From NCBI GenBank assembly GCA_044222475.1, contig JBGANF010000038.1:1-62806 (forward strand): a stretch of 62,806 nucleotides of DNA, written 5' to 3'. The position numbers were made by a program, and so were the translations under genes. Shown piece after piece: positions 24,962-36,262 of this stretch; positions within the stretch are counted from its first letter, which is position 1, and each line of letters opens with the position of its first letter. The notes below the pieces were generated by a model that was not told where the DNA came from, made no database searches, and saw only the letters and a program-made list of their open reading frames with translations. This DNA comes from Polyangiaceae bacterium. Lineage in GTDB: Bacteria > Myxococcota_A > Polyangia > Polyangiales > Polyangiaceae.

Positions 24962-25972
24962 ATGTTCTTTCGGGACCGAATGGCCCTCGTCTTGGTCGGG
25001 GCAGCGCTCACCGCGCTGCCTGGCGGCCTCGCGGGCTGTGACAGCTGCAACGACCACGCGCTCGCGGTCGACGGCGGCGAGGCCGGCGCGTCGCAGACGT
25101 CGCAGCTCACCCCGGAGCAGTCGGCGCGCGTGCTCGCCAAGGTCGGCGACGTGACGATCACCTTGGGCGACTACGTCGCCGCGCTCGAGCACATGGATCA
25201 GTTCGATCGCCTGCGGTACCAGTCGCCCGAGCGGCGCAAGGAGCTGCTCGAGGATCTGATCGAGGTCGAGCTCCTCGCGCGCGAGGCGACGGCGAAGGGC
25301 TACGACAAGGATCCGGTGGCGCAGCAGGAGCTTCGAGCGACCCTGCGCGACGCGCTGCTCCACGAAGCGCACCAAGGCGCGCCCGAGCCGAACGCGATCC
25401 CCGAGGACGAAGTCCACGCGTACTTCGACGCGCACAAGGCCGACTACAAGGATCCGGAGCGGCGTCGCGTGTCGGTCATCGTCCTCAAAGACGAGGCGAC
25501 GGCGAAGCAGGTCCTCGACCAGGCGCTGAAGACGCCCGGGGCGACGCAGTTCGGGGAGATCGTGCGCGCGAAGTCGATCGACGCTCAGGCCAAGGCCAAC
25601 GTCCCGGTCGACCTCGCGGGGGACTTCGGGATGGTGTCGCCGCCCGGTGACGACCGCGGGGACAACCCGCGCATCCCGCCCGAGGTGCGCGCGGGCGCGT
25701 TCGAGATCGGCAAGGTCGACGAGGTGCTCGGCCGCGTCGTGAAGGCGGGCGACAAGTTCTACGTCGTCCGCCTGACGCAAAAGACCGACGCGCGCGAGCG
25801 CACCTTCGCCGAGGCCGAGCGATCCATCCGGGTGAAGCTCGCTCAGGACAAGATCCGCGCGAAAGAGGACGACCTCTTGAAGCAGCTCCGCGTGCAGTTC
25901 CCGGTACAGATCGACGAGGCCGCGCTCGCGACCGTGAACGTGAACCTCGGCGACGCCGGCGCGCGAGACTGA
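24962..25972 (+). CDS. Parvulin-type peptidyl-prolyl isomerase lipoprotein (PrsA/SurA-like)
   Basis: LAGC lipobox; [14 protein letters not shown] and SID...GDFG motifs. Confidence 0.85.
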   Translation: MFFRDRMALVLVGAALTALPGGLAGCDSCNDHALAVDGGEAGASQTSQLTPEQSARVLAKVGDVTITLGDYVAALEHMDQFDRLRYQSPERRKELLEDLIEVELLAREATAKGYDKDPVAQQELRATLRDALLHEAHQGAPEPNAIPEDEVHAYFDAHKADYKDPERRRVSVIVLKDEATAKQVLDQALKTPGATQFGEIVRAKSIDAQAKANVPVDLAGDFGMVSPPGDDRGDNPRIPPEVRAGAFEIGKVDEVLGRVVKAGDKFYVVRLTQKTDARERTFAEAERSIRVKLAQDKIRAKEDDLLKQLRVQFPVQIDEAALATVNVNLGDAGARD

Positions 25973-25974
25973 TC

Positions 25975-27093
25975 GTGACCGCTCGTCGCCTAAGGCTCGT
26001 CGCCCCGAAGGAGCGCGAGAGGCCGCGCGATTGGCGGTGGCAGGCGCGTCACGCGGCGACGACGCTCGCCGACCTCGAGCGGGCGCTCGTCCTCACCGAG
26101 GCGGAGCGCGAGGGCGCGCGCCGCGCCGAGTCCGCGGGATTGCCGATCGCGATCACGCCGTACTACTTGGCGCTCGCGGATCGTCACGATCCGCGCTGCC
26201 CGATCCGCATGCAGTGCGTGCCGACCGCGGCCGAGGCCGACGAGGTCCCCGGCGATCTGGTCGACCCGTTGGGCGAGGTCGCGCACGAGGTCGCGCCCCA
26301 CCTCGTGCAGCGATACCCCGATCGAGCGTTGCTTCTCGTGACCGATCGCTGCGCGGTGTACTGCCGCTTCTGCACGCGCTCGCGGATCGTGGGCGACGGT
26401 GGTGGCGCGGTGTCGCTCGAGGCGCTCGCGCCCGCGCTGGACTACTTGCGTCGTACCACTCAGGTACGAGACGTCATCGTCAGCGGCGGCGATCCCCTGG
26501 CGATGACGACCGATCGCCTCGTCCGCATCGTCGAGGCGCTGCGCGCGATTCCGCACCTCGACACGATTCGGCTCGCGACGCGCGTGCCGGTCACGCTGCC
26601 GATGCGGGTCACGACGGAGCTCGTGCGGGCGCTGCGGCCGTTTCACCCGCTGTGGGTGATGACGCATTTCAACCACCCGAAGGAGCTCACCAAGGCGTCG
26701 CTCGCGGCGTGCGCGCGGCTCGCGGACGCGGGGTTCCCAGTGATGAACCAGACGGTGCTCCTGCGCGGCATCAACGACGACGCGTCGACCCTCGAGGCGC
26801 TCTTTCGCGGTCTGATCCGCGCGCGGGTGCGGCCGTACTATCTGCTGCAGGCCGATCCGGTGCGCGGCACGGGTCACCTTCGGACGCCGCTCGCGCGCGG
26901 GGTGGAGATCATGAGCCAGCTGCAGGGCCGGCTCACCGGGATCGCGCTGCCGAAGCTGATCTGCGACACGCCGGGAGGGAAGGGGAAAGTCCCGATCGGC
27001 CCCGACGTGGTGGTGGCGCGAAGTTCGGGAAAGACCACGCTGCTCACGTTTCGCGGAGAGACGGTCGACTATGTCGACCCGCCGGGCTCGTGA
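25975..27093 (+). CDS. KamA family radical SAM enzyme (lysine 2,3-aminomutase-like)
   Basis: RYPDRAL, CAVYCRFC, SGGDPL, HFNHPKE, NQTVLLRGIND and PGGKGK motifs. Confidence 0.93.
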   Translation: MTARRLRLVAPKERERPRDWRWQARHAATTLADLERALVLTEAEREGARRAESAGLPIAITPYYLALADRHDPRCPIRMQCVPTAAEADEVPGDLVDPLGEVAHEVAPHLVQRYPDRALLLVTDRCAVYCRFCTRSRIVGDGGGAVSLEALAPALDYLRRTTQVRDVIVSGGDPLAMTTDRLVRIVEALRAIPHLDTIRLATRVPVTLPMRVTTELVRALRPFHPLWVMTHFNHPKELTKASLAACARLADAGFPVMNQTVLLRGINDDASTLEALFRGLIRARVRPYYLLQADPVRGTGHLRTPLARGVEIMSQLQGRLTGIALPKLICDTPGGKGKVPIGPDVVVARSSGKTTLLTFRGETVDYVDPPGS

Positions 27094-27094
27094 G

Positions 27095-27138
27095 GGAGAG
27101 AATGCGGGGGGAATGTGGAACAGGAATGGGAATGGGAA
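27095..27138 (+). repeat. Inverted repeat, left copy
   Basis: GGAGAGAATGCGGGGGGAATGTGGAACAGGAATGGGAATGGGAA; about 40/44 identical to rc of 27911-27953. Confidence 0.85.
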
Positions 27139-27147
27139 TGACGGAGG

Positions 27148-27867
27148 TCAGTCGGCTCCGGCGTCGTTGAGCTTGGGGCCGCAGAGCACCTTGGCGACGT
27201 TGCGAAACGTCGTTTCGAACGTGTCGCCCGCGCACGCTACGGTCGGACCGGCGTCCGCGGGCACGCACTCGGCCTTCGCCTGCGGGCGACAGAAGGTGTT
27301 GCGTGCATCCTGCAAGCATTTCAGATGCGCCGCGAGGGAGACGGAGTCGCCTTGGACGATGGGCCATTGGCAGACCTCGTCGCAGTACCACTCGGCGCAT
27401 GCCCACGCGTCCCACGCGCGTTGCTCGCAGGTGGGGTCGGTGCTGGTCTTACCGAGGCAACCAGGAACGTTCGGGCGGTAGAGCATCCCTCCACCTTGCT
27501 TCGCGAGCGCGCCCCATGTGCCCGCATCCTCGTCGGTGACGAGGCACCCTGCGCAGGTTGCGTTTGCACTCGCGAACGCCGCGCAACCGCCGTCGTCGCC
27601 GCCATCGTTTTGCAGCGGCGCCATGCAGCTCTCGTAGAAGTCGTCGATCTGGGCCAACGTACACGTCCCGGCTTTGGGAACGGCGTGGGGAGCGGTCGGC
27701 ACGAACGTCGGGCAGGGCGTCCCGCAGATCGAGGCGCACGCGTCACCGTCGGCTTTCGCGTCCGTCGCGCCGCCGTCGGTCTTCGCGTCGCCCAACGATG
27801 CGTCGACCGGGTCGGCGTTGGGTGTCCCACAGCCGATTGCGAGCCAGAGCCACATCCACCGCCGCAT
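27148..27867 (-). CDS. Cys-rich hypothetical lipoprotein
   Basis: MRRWMWLWLAIGC lipobox; many Cys; DAG linkers. Confidence 0.75.
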   Translation of the reverse strand: MRRWMWLWLAIGCGTPNADPVDASLGDAKTDGGATDAKADGDACASICGTPCPTFVPTAPHAVPKAGTCTLAQIDDFYESCMAPLQNDGGDDGGCAAFASANATCAGCLVTDEDAGTWGALAKQGGGMLYRPNVPGCLGKTSTDPTCEQRAWDAWACAEWYCDEVCQWPIVQGDSVSLAAHLKCLQDARNTFCRPQAKAECVPADAGPTVACAGDTFETTFRNVAKVLCGPKLNDAGAD

Positions 27868-27910
27868 GTGAGCCGCATGATGGCGCACCATCGACCGCGG
27901 CGCACCACCG

Positions 27911-27953
27911 TTCCCATTCCCATTCCGGTTCCACATTCCTCCGAATTCTCTCC
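27911..27953 (-). repeat. Inverted repeat, right copy
   Basis: rc = GGAGAGAATTCGGAGGAATGTGGAACCGGAATGGGAATGGGAA. Confidence 0.85.
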
Positions 27954-28003
27954 TCCGCGGCGCCGTAGCCTGGGGCCGGCCGTTCGAGTAGAAAGGTCGC
28001 CCG

Positions 28004-29569
<1,566 letters not shown>

Positions 29570-29663
29570 ACGCGCGCGTTCCGCGCAGTTCAAAGCTCGA
29601 CGGGTCGACGGGAGCTCCGCTCCCGCCCCGTCGGGCGAAGCCCGAACGGGGCCCCACCCTCAG

Positions 29664-29718
29664 GTTTTGGGTCCCGAGCCCAAAACGTTTCAGCGTTTTG
29701 GGTCCCGAGCCCAAAACG
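29664..29718. repeat. Two tandem 24-bp palindromic units
   Basis: GTTTTGGGTCCCGAGCCCAAAACG at 29664 and 29695 (period 31). Confidence 0.85.
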
Positions 29719-29720
29719 GT

Positions 29721-29772
29721 TCTCTCCTCACTTGGCGCTCCTGGCGTTCCCTTCCTTCCCTGGCGTTTCTCT
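29721..29772 (-). repeat. REP-like repeat, copy 3
   Basis: rc AACGCCAGGGAAGGAAGGGAACGCCAGGAGCGCCAAGTGAGGAGAG matches 8878-8923 with 3 mismatches. Confidence 0.8.
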
Positions 29773-29774
29773 CC

Positions 29775-30206
29775 TCACATCCGGAAGTGGATCAGCTTCA
29801 GCCCCAGGTCGGGCTCGCCCTTCACGCGTTCTTCGGCCCACGGGTAGAGGAGTGCATCCTCACGTTCCGCGTGCGCCCGTAGCGCGGCGACGAAGTCGGC
29901 CACGGTGTCGGCCTTCGTGAGGTGCAGATCGACGCCCACACCGAGCGTCAGGAGCTTCTGCCGCAGCTGATCGTGCTCGCTCTTCAGCAACGCTGCGTCG
30001 TCGGGGTGGGCCGCGGCGAGGGGCGGGAGGAGGAACTCCTCTTCGCGCGCGAGGTGCGCGGTGAACAGGGCATCGAACTCGGACCAGAGCTTCTCCGCGT
30101 CGTCGCGGGCGTCCGCGCGGAACGCTTCGAGCATCTGCGCAAACAGGCGGTCGAGCTTGGCGTGCTCGGCGGTGAGGAGCTCGCGGACGTTGGACGGGTC
30201 GCTCAT
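29775..30206 (-). CDS. Hemerythrin HHE domain protein
   Basis: EHAKLD, HLAREEEFLLP, EHDQL and HAEREDALLYP motifs. Confidence 0.88.
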   Translation of the reverse strand: MSDPSNVRELLTAEHAKLDRLFAQMLEAFRADARDDAEKLWSEFDALFTAHLAREEEFLLPPLAAAHPDDAALLKSEHDQLRQKLLTLGVGVDLHLTKADTVADFVAALRAHAEREDALLYPWAEERVKGEPDLGLKLIHFRM

Positions 30207-30301
30207 GGCGCTTCGCACTCTACCAAGGGATTCCCCCTGACGGAAACTTGGCCCTTCCTCCGAGGAACATCTATCGCCGATGTCATCCGTTGGAGGATCC
30301 C

Positions 30302-31927
30302 ATGAGCATCGAAGGCGATCGCCGCGCGCCGGGAGCGACGCGAGTTCCGTTTGAGGGGTTGGTCGAGATCGGGACGTCACTCGGTCCGGCGTTCGAAGGC
30401 CAAGTGGTCGACGTGTCCCACGATGGGATGCACGTCCGGACGACCTATCTGCCCGACGTGGGCCAGCCCGTGACCTGCCGCTTCGACGCGGGGAACAGCG
30501 GGAGCGTCGCTGCCACCGGCGAGGTCGTGTGGCGCGACGACACCGAGGGCGGCGGCGCCTTCGGGCTCCGCTTCACCGATCTCGATGCGCAGAGCCAAGA
30601 GACCCTGCAGCGCCTGGTCGAGACCGGCGGCGCGGCTCGCGGTTCCAGCGGCCGTGTTCGCCTCCACATCGAGGGCCTCGGCGTCGCGATGAAGGCGCGC
30701 GTACGCGACTCGTCGCGCACGAAGCTCACCGTCGGCAACGAGCTCGGCTTTCTCCAGCTCGGCAAGTCGCTCGAGCTCGAGGACGCCGAGAGCGGCGAGA
30801 AGAGGCCCGCCCACATCGACCGCGTCGAGCTCGAGCTCGATCCGGAGACCCACGTTCCGCGTCTGGTCGTCGGCCTCCGCTACGCCGACGAAGCGCCGTC
30901 GGAGGCGATGAGCACGGTGAAGGACTCCACCCCGGAGCCGGCCGTGATGGATGCGGACGAGCCGTTCGAGGACGATGCGAGCGAAGGAGTCGCCGCATCG
31001 GACGACGCTTCGGTCGACGAAGAGTCCTCCAAGATGAAGAGCGCGTTCGCGCGGAACGCGGCCAAGGTCACGCCGGCGATCCTCGCCATGGCGAAGCGCG
31101 CCAAGATCACCGCCGCGATGCTCTGGGCCAAGCGCCGCGCAGCCTCTGCGGAGGCGTCGCCAGCGCGCCGCACGACGGCTCCGCCTCCCGGCGGTGCGCT
31201 GCACGCGTCCGGCCGCAAGGTCGTGCGCGAAGTCGAGCCCTCTGGTGGGCTCCCGATGAAGCTCAAGCTCGACAACAAGCGCAAGATCGCGCTCGGCGCG
31301 GCCGTCGGCCTCGCCACCGTCATCGCGATCGCAGCGCTCAAGCACAAGCCCGCGCAGCCGCCCGAGGTCGCTCACCCGGCCGAGGCGGTCGCCGCCGCGC
31401 AGCCGACGGTCGATCCGATGATGGCGAACGTCCCGCCGCCGCCGATCATGACCGCCCCCCCGCCGCCGGTGTTCACCGACGTGTCGCCGGTCATCACGCC
31501 GACCAAGCCCGGTCACGTCACGCCGTTCGGCAACGGGTCGGTGACCCACGGCAACATCCTTCACCTCAAGATGGACGGCCCGATCGAGAAGATCAACGGC
31601 GCGTCCCAGCCCACCGGGTTCAGCATCTCGATCCCAGGACACAAGGCGCTCGAGCCGGCGGGACCGCTCGCTGCGCGTGACGCTCGCATCGCGAGCATCA
31701 AGGTCGCGAACGACGCATCGGGTGCCGACCTCGACGTCGCGTTCAAGGACGGCGTGCCCAACTACGTGGTCCGCGCGAAGGGTGACACGCTCGAGATCGT
31801 GCTCGCGCCGCCCGGCACGATCGCACAAGCCAAGGCGACGGCGCCAAAGCCGACCGCACCGGCGACGACGACCACCGCGAAGAAGAAGCCGGGCACCGCT
31901 CCCGCGCCCGCACCGCGCAAGAAATGA
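30302..31927 (+). CDS. PilZ domain membrane protein with C-terminal AMIN-like periplasmic domain
   Basis: DRR...R, DVSHDG, GEVVW and FGLRFTDL; acidic linker, one TM helix, Pro-rich stalk. Confidence 0.75.
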   Translation: MSIEGDRRAPGATRVPFEGLVEIGTSLGPAFEGQVVDVSHDGMHVRTTYLPDVGQPVTCRFDAGNSGSVAATGEVVWRDDTEGGGAFGLRFTDLDAQSQETLQRLVETGGAARGSSGRVRLHIEGLGVAMKARVRDSSRTKLTVGNELGFLQLGKSLELEDAESGEKRPAHIDRVELELDPETHVPRLVVGLRYADEAPSEAMSTVKDSTPEPAVMDADEPFEDDASEGVAASDDASVDEESSKMKSAFARNAAKVTPAILAMAKRAKITAAMLWAKRRAASAEASPARRTTAPPPGGALHASGRKVVREVEPSGGLPMKLKLDNKRKIALGAAVGLATVIAIAALKHKPAQPPEVAHPAEAVAAAQPTVDPMMANVPPPPIMTAPPPPVFTDVSPVITPTKPGHVTPFGNGSVTHGNILHLKMDGPIEKINGASQPTGFSISIPGHKALEPAGPLAARDARIASIKVANDASGADLDVAFKDGVPNYVVRAKGDTLEIVLAPPGTIAQAKATAPKPTAPATTTTAKKKPGTAPAPAPRKK

Positions 31928-32547
31928 GGCTCGCAGCGAGCGTCCTCGCGCTCGCGCTCGCGACCGCGTCCGCTGAGGTCGCGCGCGCGGCCGAGCCCGA
32001 GGTCGCGCTCGGTCAGGAGGCGCCCGAGATCCGGACGCATCGGACCTTCGGCTTCGGCGTCGGCGTCGGCGTCGGCGGTCAGCTCTTCCTCGGCGGAAGG
32101 GGGCTGCGTGCCGGCGGCGCCGTGCTCCTCCCGGCGATCGAGCTGCAGCTCTTTCCGTTTCGCCGCCGTGACTGGTCCATCGATTTCACGTTTCCTCTCT
32201 GGAACACGATCATCAACGCGGCGTACTTCGACGCCACGTTCCTCTCGATCGACGCATACGTCGACTTCAACGTCGGCAAGGGCAGCACCCGCCTCGTCGT
32301 CGGCCCCGGTCTCGGCCTGGCCTACCGCGACAGCGGCACCGGCTTCACCGGAGGGGTGCGCATCCCGTTCCAGATCGGAGCCGAGTTCCTGTCGGCGAAG
32401 AAGCACGTCGGCGTGCGCCTCCTCGTGCGGCCCTGGACGGAGCTCATCTTCCCGACGCGAAACGGAGGGATCGACACGGGCATCTTCGCCACCCTGGTCG
32501 TGACGGGGTACACGACCCGAGTGTCCCTCAGTGAAGCCGAGCCGTGA
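31924..32547 (+). CDS. Hypothetical outer-membrane beta-barrel-like protein
   Basis: Signal peptide; FGFGVGVG and alternating beta-strands; ATGA overlap. Confidence 0.65.
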   Translation: MRLAASVLALALATASAEVARAAEPEVALGQEAPEIRTHRTFGFGVGVGVGGQLFLGGRGLRAGGAVLLPAIELQLFPFRRRDWSIDFTFPLWNTIINAAYFDATFLSIDAYVDFNVGKGSTRLVVGPGLGLAYRDSGTGFTGGVRIPFQIGAEFLSAKKHVGVRLLVRPWTELIFPTRNGGIDTGIFATLVVTGYTTRVSLSEAEP

Positions 32548-32564
32548 TGCGCTATCCTGATGCC

Positions 32565-33074
32565 GTGCGCGTTCTTCTCCTCCCTGCGGTTCTCATCGTG
32601 GCGTGCTCCACCGATCCGGAGCCGTCGTCCTTTCCCGAGGGCGGCGCCGACGGTCCGTTCGATCCCGAGGGGTGCACGCTCATCGGTTGCGAGAGCGGCG
32701 TGTTCGCTACGAAGAGCATCCACGTGTCGCTGTCGAGCTTCGTCGGGACGGAGGTGAAGGTCTGCCTGAACGGGACCTGCCAGACCGGAGTCGCGACCAC
32801 GCCGACGCCGAACGGGCTGGCGATGCAGGTCGCTTTGAGCGCCGGCGCGTGCACGGCGTTCTTCAGTTTTTCGAGCCCGGACGACACCGCGCTCGACGTG
32901 CGCTGCCCGCTGACCGTCTTGCAGTGCATCGACGGAGGGAGCTTCACGATCGACGTCCGCGGCGCGGACGGCGGCGCAGGTCCCGCGCTCGATCGTCCGC
33001 TCACCTACAAGGATCTCTACCCGAACGGTCAAGCGTGCGGCCCGCACTGCCGCAGTCTCGTGATCGCGTGGTGA
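32565..33074 (+). CDS. Hypothetical Cys-containing lipoprotein
   Basis: LIVAC lipobox; CTLIGC and YPNGQACGPHC motifs. Confidence 0.7.
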   Translation: MRVLLLPAVLIVACSTDPEPSSFPEGGADGPFDPEGCTLIGCESGVFATKSIHVSLSSFVGTEVKVCLNGTCQTGVATTPTPNGLAMQVALSAGACTAFFSFSSPDDTALDVRCPLTVLQCIDGGSFTIDVRGADGGAGPALDRPLTYKDLYPNGQACGPHCRSLVIAW

Positions 33075-33098
33075 CCGTCGCGTGCGGGCACCGCTGGC

Positions 33099-34157
33099 TC
33101 ACGCTCGCTTGCCGCGGCCCTTGCGTGTCGCTCGGGGGAGCGCCGTCGCGCTCGTCGCGACGAGGTCCCACCCATCGCGCTCTCCCGCCGTGAGACGCAT
33201 CGCGCCGGTGTAGGCGATCATCGCCGCGTTGTCGGTGCAGCTCTTTCGATCGGGGAGGTGCGCTCGAAGGCCGCGCGAAGCCGCGCCCTCCGCGACCCGA
33301 CGGCGAAGCTCCGAGTTCGCGGCGACGCCGCCGCCGATCACCACGTCGCGGACGCCCTCCTGCTCCGCCGCGGCGAGGAGCTTCTTCGTCAGCACCGACG
33401 TCACCGCCCGCTGGAACGACGCGCAGATGTCGGCGCGAGGTTGTCCCACGATGGGACCGTGATCGCGAACGTGCTGCGAGATGCGCGTCTTGATCCCCGA
33501 AAAGCTCATCTCGAGTGTCCCAGAGTGGGACATCGGAGCCTCCAGTGGAAAGACCTTCGAATCGCCGGTCGCTGCGAGCTTGTCGACGGCGGGGCCGCCC
33601 GGGTACCCGAGCCCGAGGAGCTTCGCCACCTTGTCGTACGCTTCGCCGGCGGCGTCGTCGCGGGTGGCCCCGAGCTCGCGCACGTTCTGGGCGAGCGGCC
33701 CGTCGACCCGGTAGATCGCGGTGTGTCCTCCGGACGCCAAGAGCGCGACGAACGGGAGCTCGGGCGGCTCGCGCGCGGGGTCGCCCTCGCGCCGCAAGAA
33801 GATCGCGAGGAGGTGCCCCATCAGGTGATCGACGCCGACCAGCGGCTTTGCATCGGCCCACGCGAGGCCCTTCGCGACTTGCACGCCGACGAGGAGCGCG
33901 CCGACGAGGCCCGGCCGGTTCGTGACGGCGATGCCATCGACGTCTGCGAGCGTCACGCCGGCGCGCGCCAGCGCCTCGCGGAGCACCGGAGCGACGTTCT
34001 TCGCGTGGTCGCGCGACGCGAGCTCGGGAACGACCCCGCCGTACGTCGCGTGCAGCGCGACTTGGCTGTGAACCACGTCGGAGACGACCGTCCCGTCGCT
34101 CTTCACGAGCGCGACGCCGGTCTCGTCGCACGACGATTCGAGGCCGAGGAGAAGCAT
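33099..34157 (-). CDS. tsaD: tRNA N6-threonylcarbamoyltransferase TsaD
   Basis: LGLESSCDET, GGVVPELASRDH, HLMGH, SGGHT, DDAAGEAYDK and CTDNAAMI motifs. Confidence 0.97.
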   Translation of the reverse strand: MLLLGLESSCDETGVALVKSDGTVVSDVVHSQVALHATYGGVVPELASRDHAKNVAPVLREALARAGVTLADVDGIAVTNRPGLVGALLVGVQVAKGLAWADAKPLVGVDHLMGHLLAIFLRREGDPAREPPELPFVALLASGGHTAIYRVDGPLAQNVRELGATRDDAAGEAYDKVAKLLGLGYPGGPAVDKLAATGDSKVFPLEAPMSHSGTLEMSFSGIKTRISQHVRDHGPIVGQPRADICASFQRAVTSVLTKKLLAAAEQEGVRDVVIGGGVAANSELRRRVAEGAASRGLRAHLPDRKSCTDNAAMIAYTGAMRLTAGERDGWDLVATSATALPRATRKGRGKRA

Positions 34158-34184
34158 CGCCGGAAGTGGTGTAGCATGGCCTGA

Positions 34185-34592
34185 ATGGACCTTTGCGCCC
34201 TCCTCCGCGGCTCGAAACGAATCGCCGTGCTCGGCATCAAGACGGAGGCGCAGGCGGGGATGCCCGCGTTCGACGTTCCGAAGTACCTCGTGAGCGCGGG
34301 TTTCGACGTCATCCCGGTGCCGGTCTATTTCCCCGAAGCGACCGAGATCCTCGGGCGGAAGGTGTATCGCAAGGTGGCCGACGTTCCGGGTGACGTCGAC
34401 ATCGTGAACGTGTTCCGCCGGCGCCACGATCTCGACGCCCACTTCGACGACATCGTCGCCAAGAAGCCCAAGGTGGTGTGGCTTCAGCTGGGCATTCGGA
34501 GCGAGCCGTTCGCGAAGCGCCTCACCGAAGCCGGCATGACCGTCGTGATGGACAAGTGCATCATGGTGGAGCACCGGCTCTGCGCTGGCTGA
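34185..34592 (+). CDS. CoA-binding protein (YccU-like)
   Basis: IAVLG, DIVNVFRR, VWLQLGI and DKCIMVEH motifs. Confidence 0.9.
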   Translation: MDLCALLRGSKRIAVLGIKTEAQAGMPAFDVPKYLVSAGFDVIPVPVYFPEATEILGRKVYRKVADVPGDVDIVNVFRRRHDLDAHFDDIVAKKPKVVWLQLGIRSEPFAKRLTEAGMTVVMDKCIMVEHRLCAG

Positions 34593-34609
34593 GCGTCTCG
34601 GTCGCCGCG

Positions 34610-35314
34610 ATGGCGCTCACGGTCGCTGGCTCGGCGCGATCCCAGACGTGCCCGGTCCCCGTCGGCGCGGATCCCAAGCTCGCCGAGGTGGACGCGCGGG
34701 AACGCGTCCACTTCCTCCAGCGCGAGCTCGGGGCTCAGGCTCGCTACGCGACGCAGTGGCAGACGACGTGGTTCGTCGCTCGAAGCGCGGTCCTCGCTGG
34801 CGAGCTCGGTCTGGCGGTCGTGAGCGCCGATGCCGGCGATCGGACGGACGCGGTCGTGACCGGGCTCTTCGCGATCGTGCCGCCGATCGGCACGCTGCTG
34901 TTCGGGCTTCGGGTGGCCCGCGACGGTCCGCGTTTTCTTCGGCTCGACCATCTCGACACGGACGCATCGCGCTGTGCGTACGTCGCCCGGGGCGAGCAAT
35001 TTCTCGCGCGCGACGCGAAGAACGAAGACGAGAACCGCGGATGGATTCAGCACGCCCTCCAGATCGCCGGGAGCACGGCGCTCTTCCTCATCCTCGGCGT
35101 CGGCTTCGATCACTGGAAGAACGCGATCATCAACGGCGTCGCCGGCATCGCGCTCGGTGAGCTCCAGATCCTGACCCAGCCGACGGGGCTCATCGGCGCG
35201 TGGGAGCGCTACCGCGCAGGGGACCTCGGCGCGACGAAGTCGAAGATCACGCTTCACCTCGCGCCCAAGCTGTCGACGACGTCGGCCGGCCTCGCCCTCG
35301 AGGCCACGTTCTGA
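34610..35314 (+). CDS. Hypothetical membrane/secreted protein (start uncertain)
   Basis: Signal-like N-terminus, several hydrophobic helices, C-terminal GLALEATF. Confidence 0.6.
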   Translation: MALTVAGSARSQTCPVPVGADPKLAEVDARERVHFLQRELGAQARYATQWQTTWFVARSAVLAGELGLAVVSADAGDRTDAVVTGLFAIVPPIGTLLFGLRVARDGPRFLRLDHLDTDASRCAYVARGEQFLARDAKNEDENRGWIQHALQIAGSTALFLILGVGFDHWKNAIINGVAGIALGELQILTQPTGLIGAWERYRAGDLGATKSKITLHLAPKLSTTSAGLALEATF

Positions 35315-35766
35315 TGTTCACGTACGCCTACGACGAGAAGGCGTGCGCGGCGGTCTTTCTCTTCACCGGAGACACCAACGACGACGAGGACTTCGAGCGC
35401 TACATCGAAGCCGTCGACGAGCTCGACCGCCTCGCCAACGGGCGACCCGAGGCCGCGGTCGTGACGTTCGTCGAGCGCGGCAACCCTCCGCCGAACGCGA
35501 AGTGGCGCCAGAAGATCGGCGAGCGGTCGAGGTTGCTCAAGACGCGAGCGGTCGCCGTGCTCGTGTCCGAGTCGCCGATGATCCGCGGCGTGATGACGGT
35601 CCTCAACTGGATTGCCCCGAAGCGGTTCGAAGACCAGACGACGCTCGCGACGTGGGAAGAGGCGATCACGTGGGTGGAAGCGCGACGCGGGTCGAGGCGG
35701 TTGGTGCTCAACGTTCTCCTGCGCGAAGCCCAGGTCGACGCCGAGCGGCGAAGAGCGAAGCGCTGA
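35314..35766 (+). CDS. Hypothetical protein (STAS/SEC14-like)
   Basis: PNAKWRQ, SPMIRGVMTVLNWIAP and EEAITWV; TGATG coupling. Confidence 0.6.
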   Translation: MFTYAYDEKACAAVFLFTGDTNDDEDFERYIEAVDELDRLANGRPEAAVVTFVERGNPPPNAKWRQKIGERSRLLKTRAVAVLVSESPMIRGVMTVLNWIAPKRFEDQTTLATWEEAITWVEARRGSRRLVLNVLLREAQVDAERRRAKR

Positions 35767-35767
35767 C

Positions 35768-36262
35768 CTAGAACGGGCAGGTCCCGGGCGTCCGCTGCAG
35801 CGGAAACACCGCGAACAGCGCCGCGCGCGAGCTCGTCGCGTCGCCCGGCGCACTCCGCAAGAGTCGCACCTCGACCTCGCCGGAGGAGAGGAGCGACACG
35901 ATCACCATCGAGTCCCCCGCGACGTCGGTCGCGGGATCGGGCGCGACGGCGTAGATGAGGTTGCGCTCACGCCCCTGTCCGAACGACATCGTCGACACGG
36001 GGTCGTGCCACGCTTGCGGGATCGGTCGGAGCGGCGCGTTCTTGAATCGCCCGTCCGACGTGGAGATCGAACCAGGCCCCTCCTGGAGCTTGGATGCGTC
36101 GAGCGTGAGGCACAGCTTCGTCTCCTCGGAGACGTTCGAGCGAACGAACCCCGAACCGACGACGGCGCCCTCGAAGTGGTCACCCGACGTGGAGAAGCGC
36201 GAAGCGTCGTTGCACGCCGCGGCGAGCGCGCCGAGCGCAAGGCCGACGAGAGCGCGCTTCAT
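35768..36262 (-). CDS. Hypothetical lipoprotein
   Basis: MKRALVGLALGALAAAC lipobox; ATGA-coupled to the TPR gene. Confidence 0.75.
   Translation of the reverse strand: MKRALVGLALGALAAACNDASRFSTSGDHFEGAVVGSGFVRSNVSEETKLCLTLDASKLQEGPGSISTSDGRFKNAPLRPIPQAWHDPVSTMSFGQGRERNLIYAVAPDPATDVAGDSMVIVSLLSSGEVEVRLLRSAPGDATSSRAALFAVFPLQRTPGTCPF

Noticed and set aside
29664..29718. Mini CRISPR array
   Set aside because: Only two repeats with a 7-nt spacer and no cas genes.
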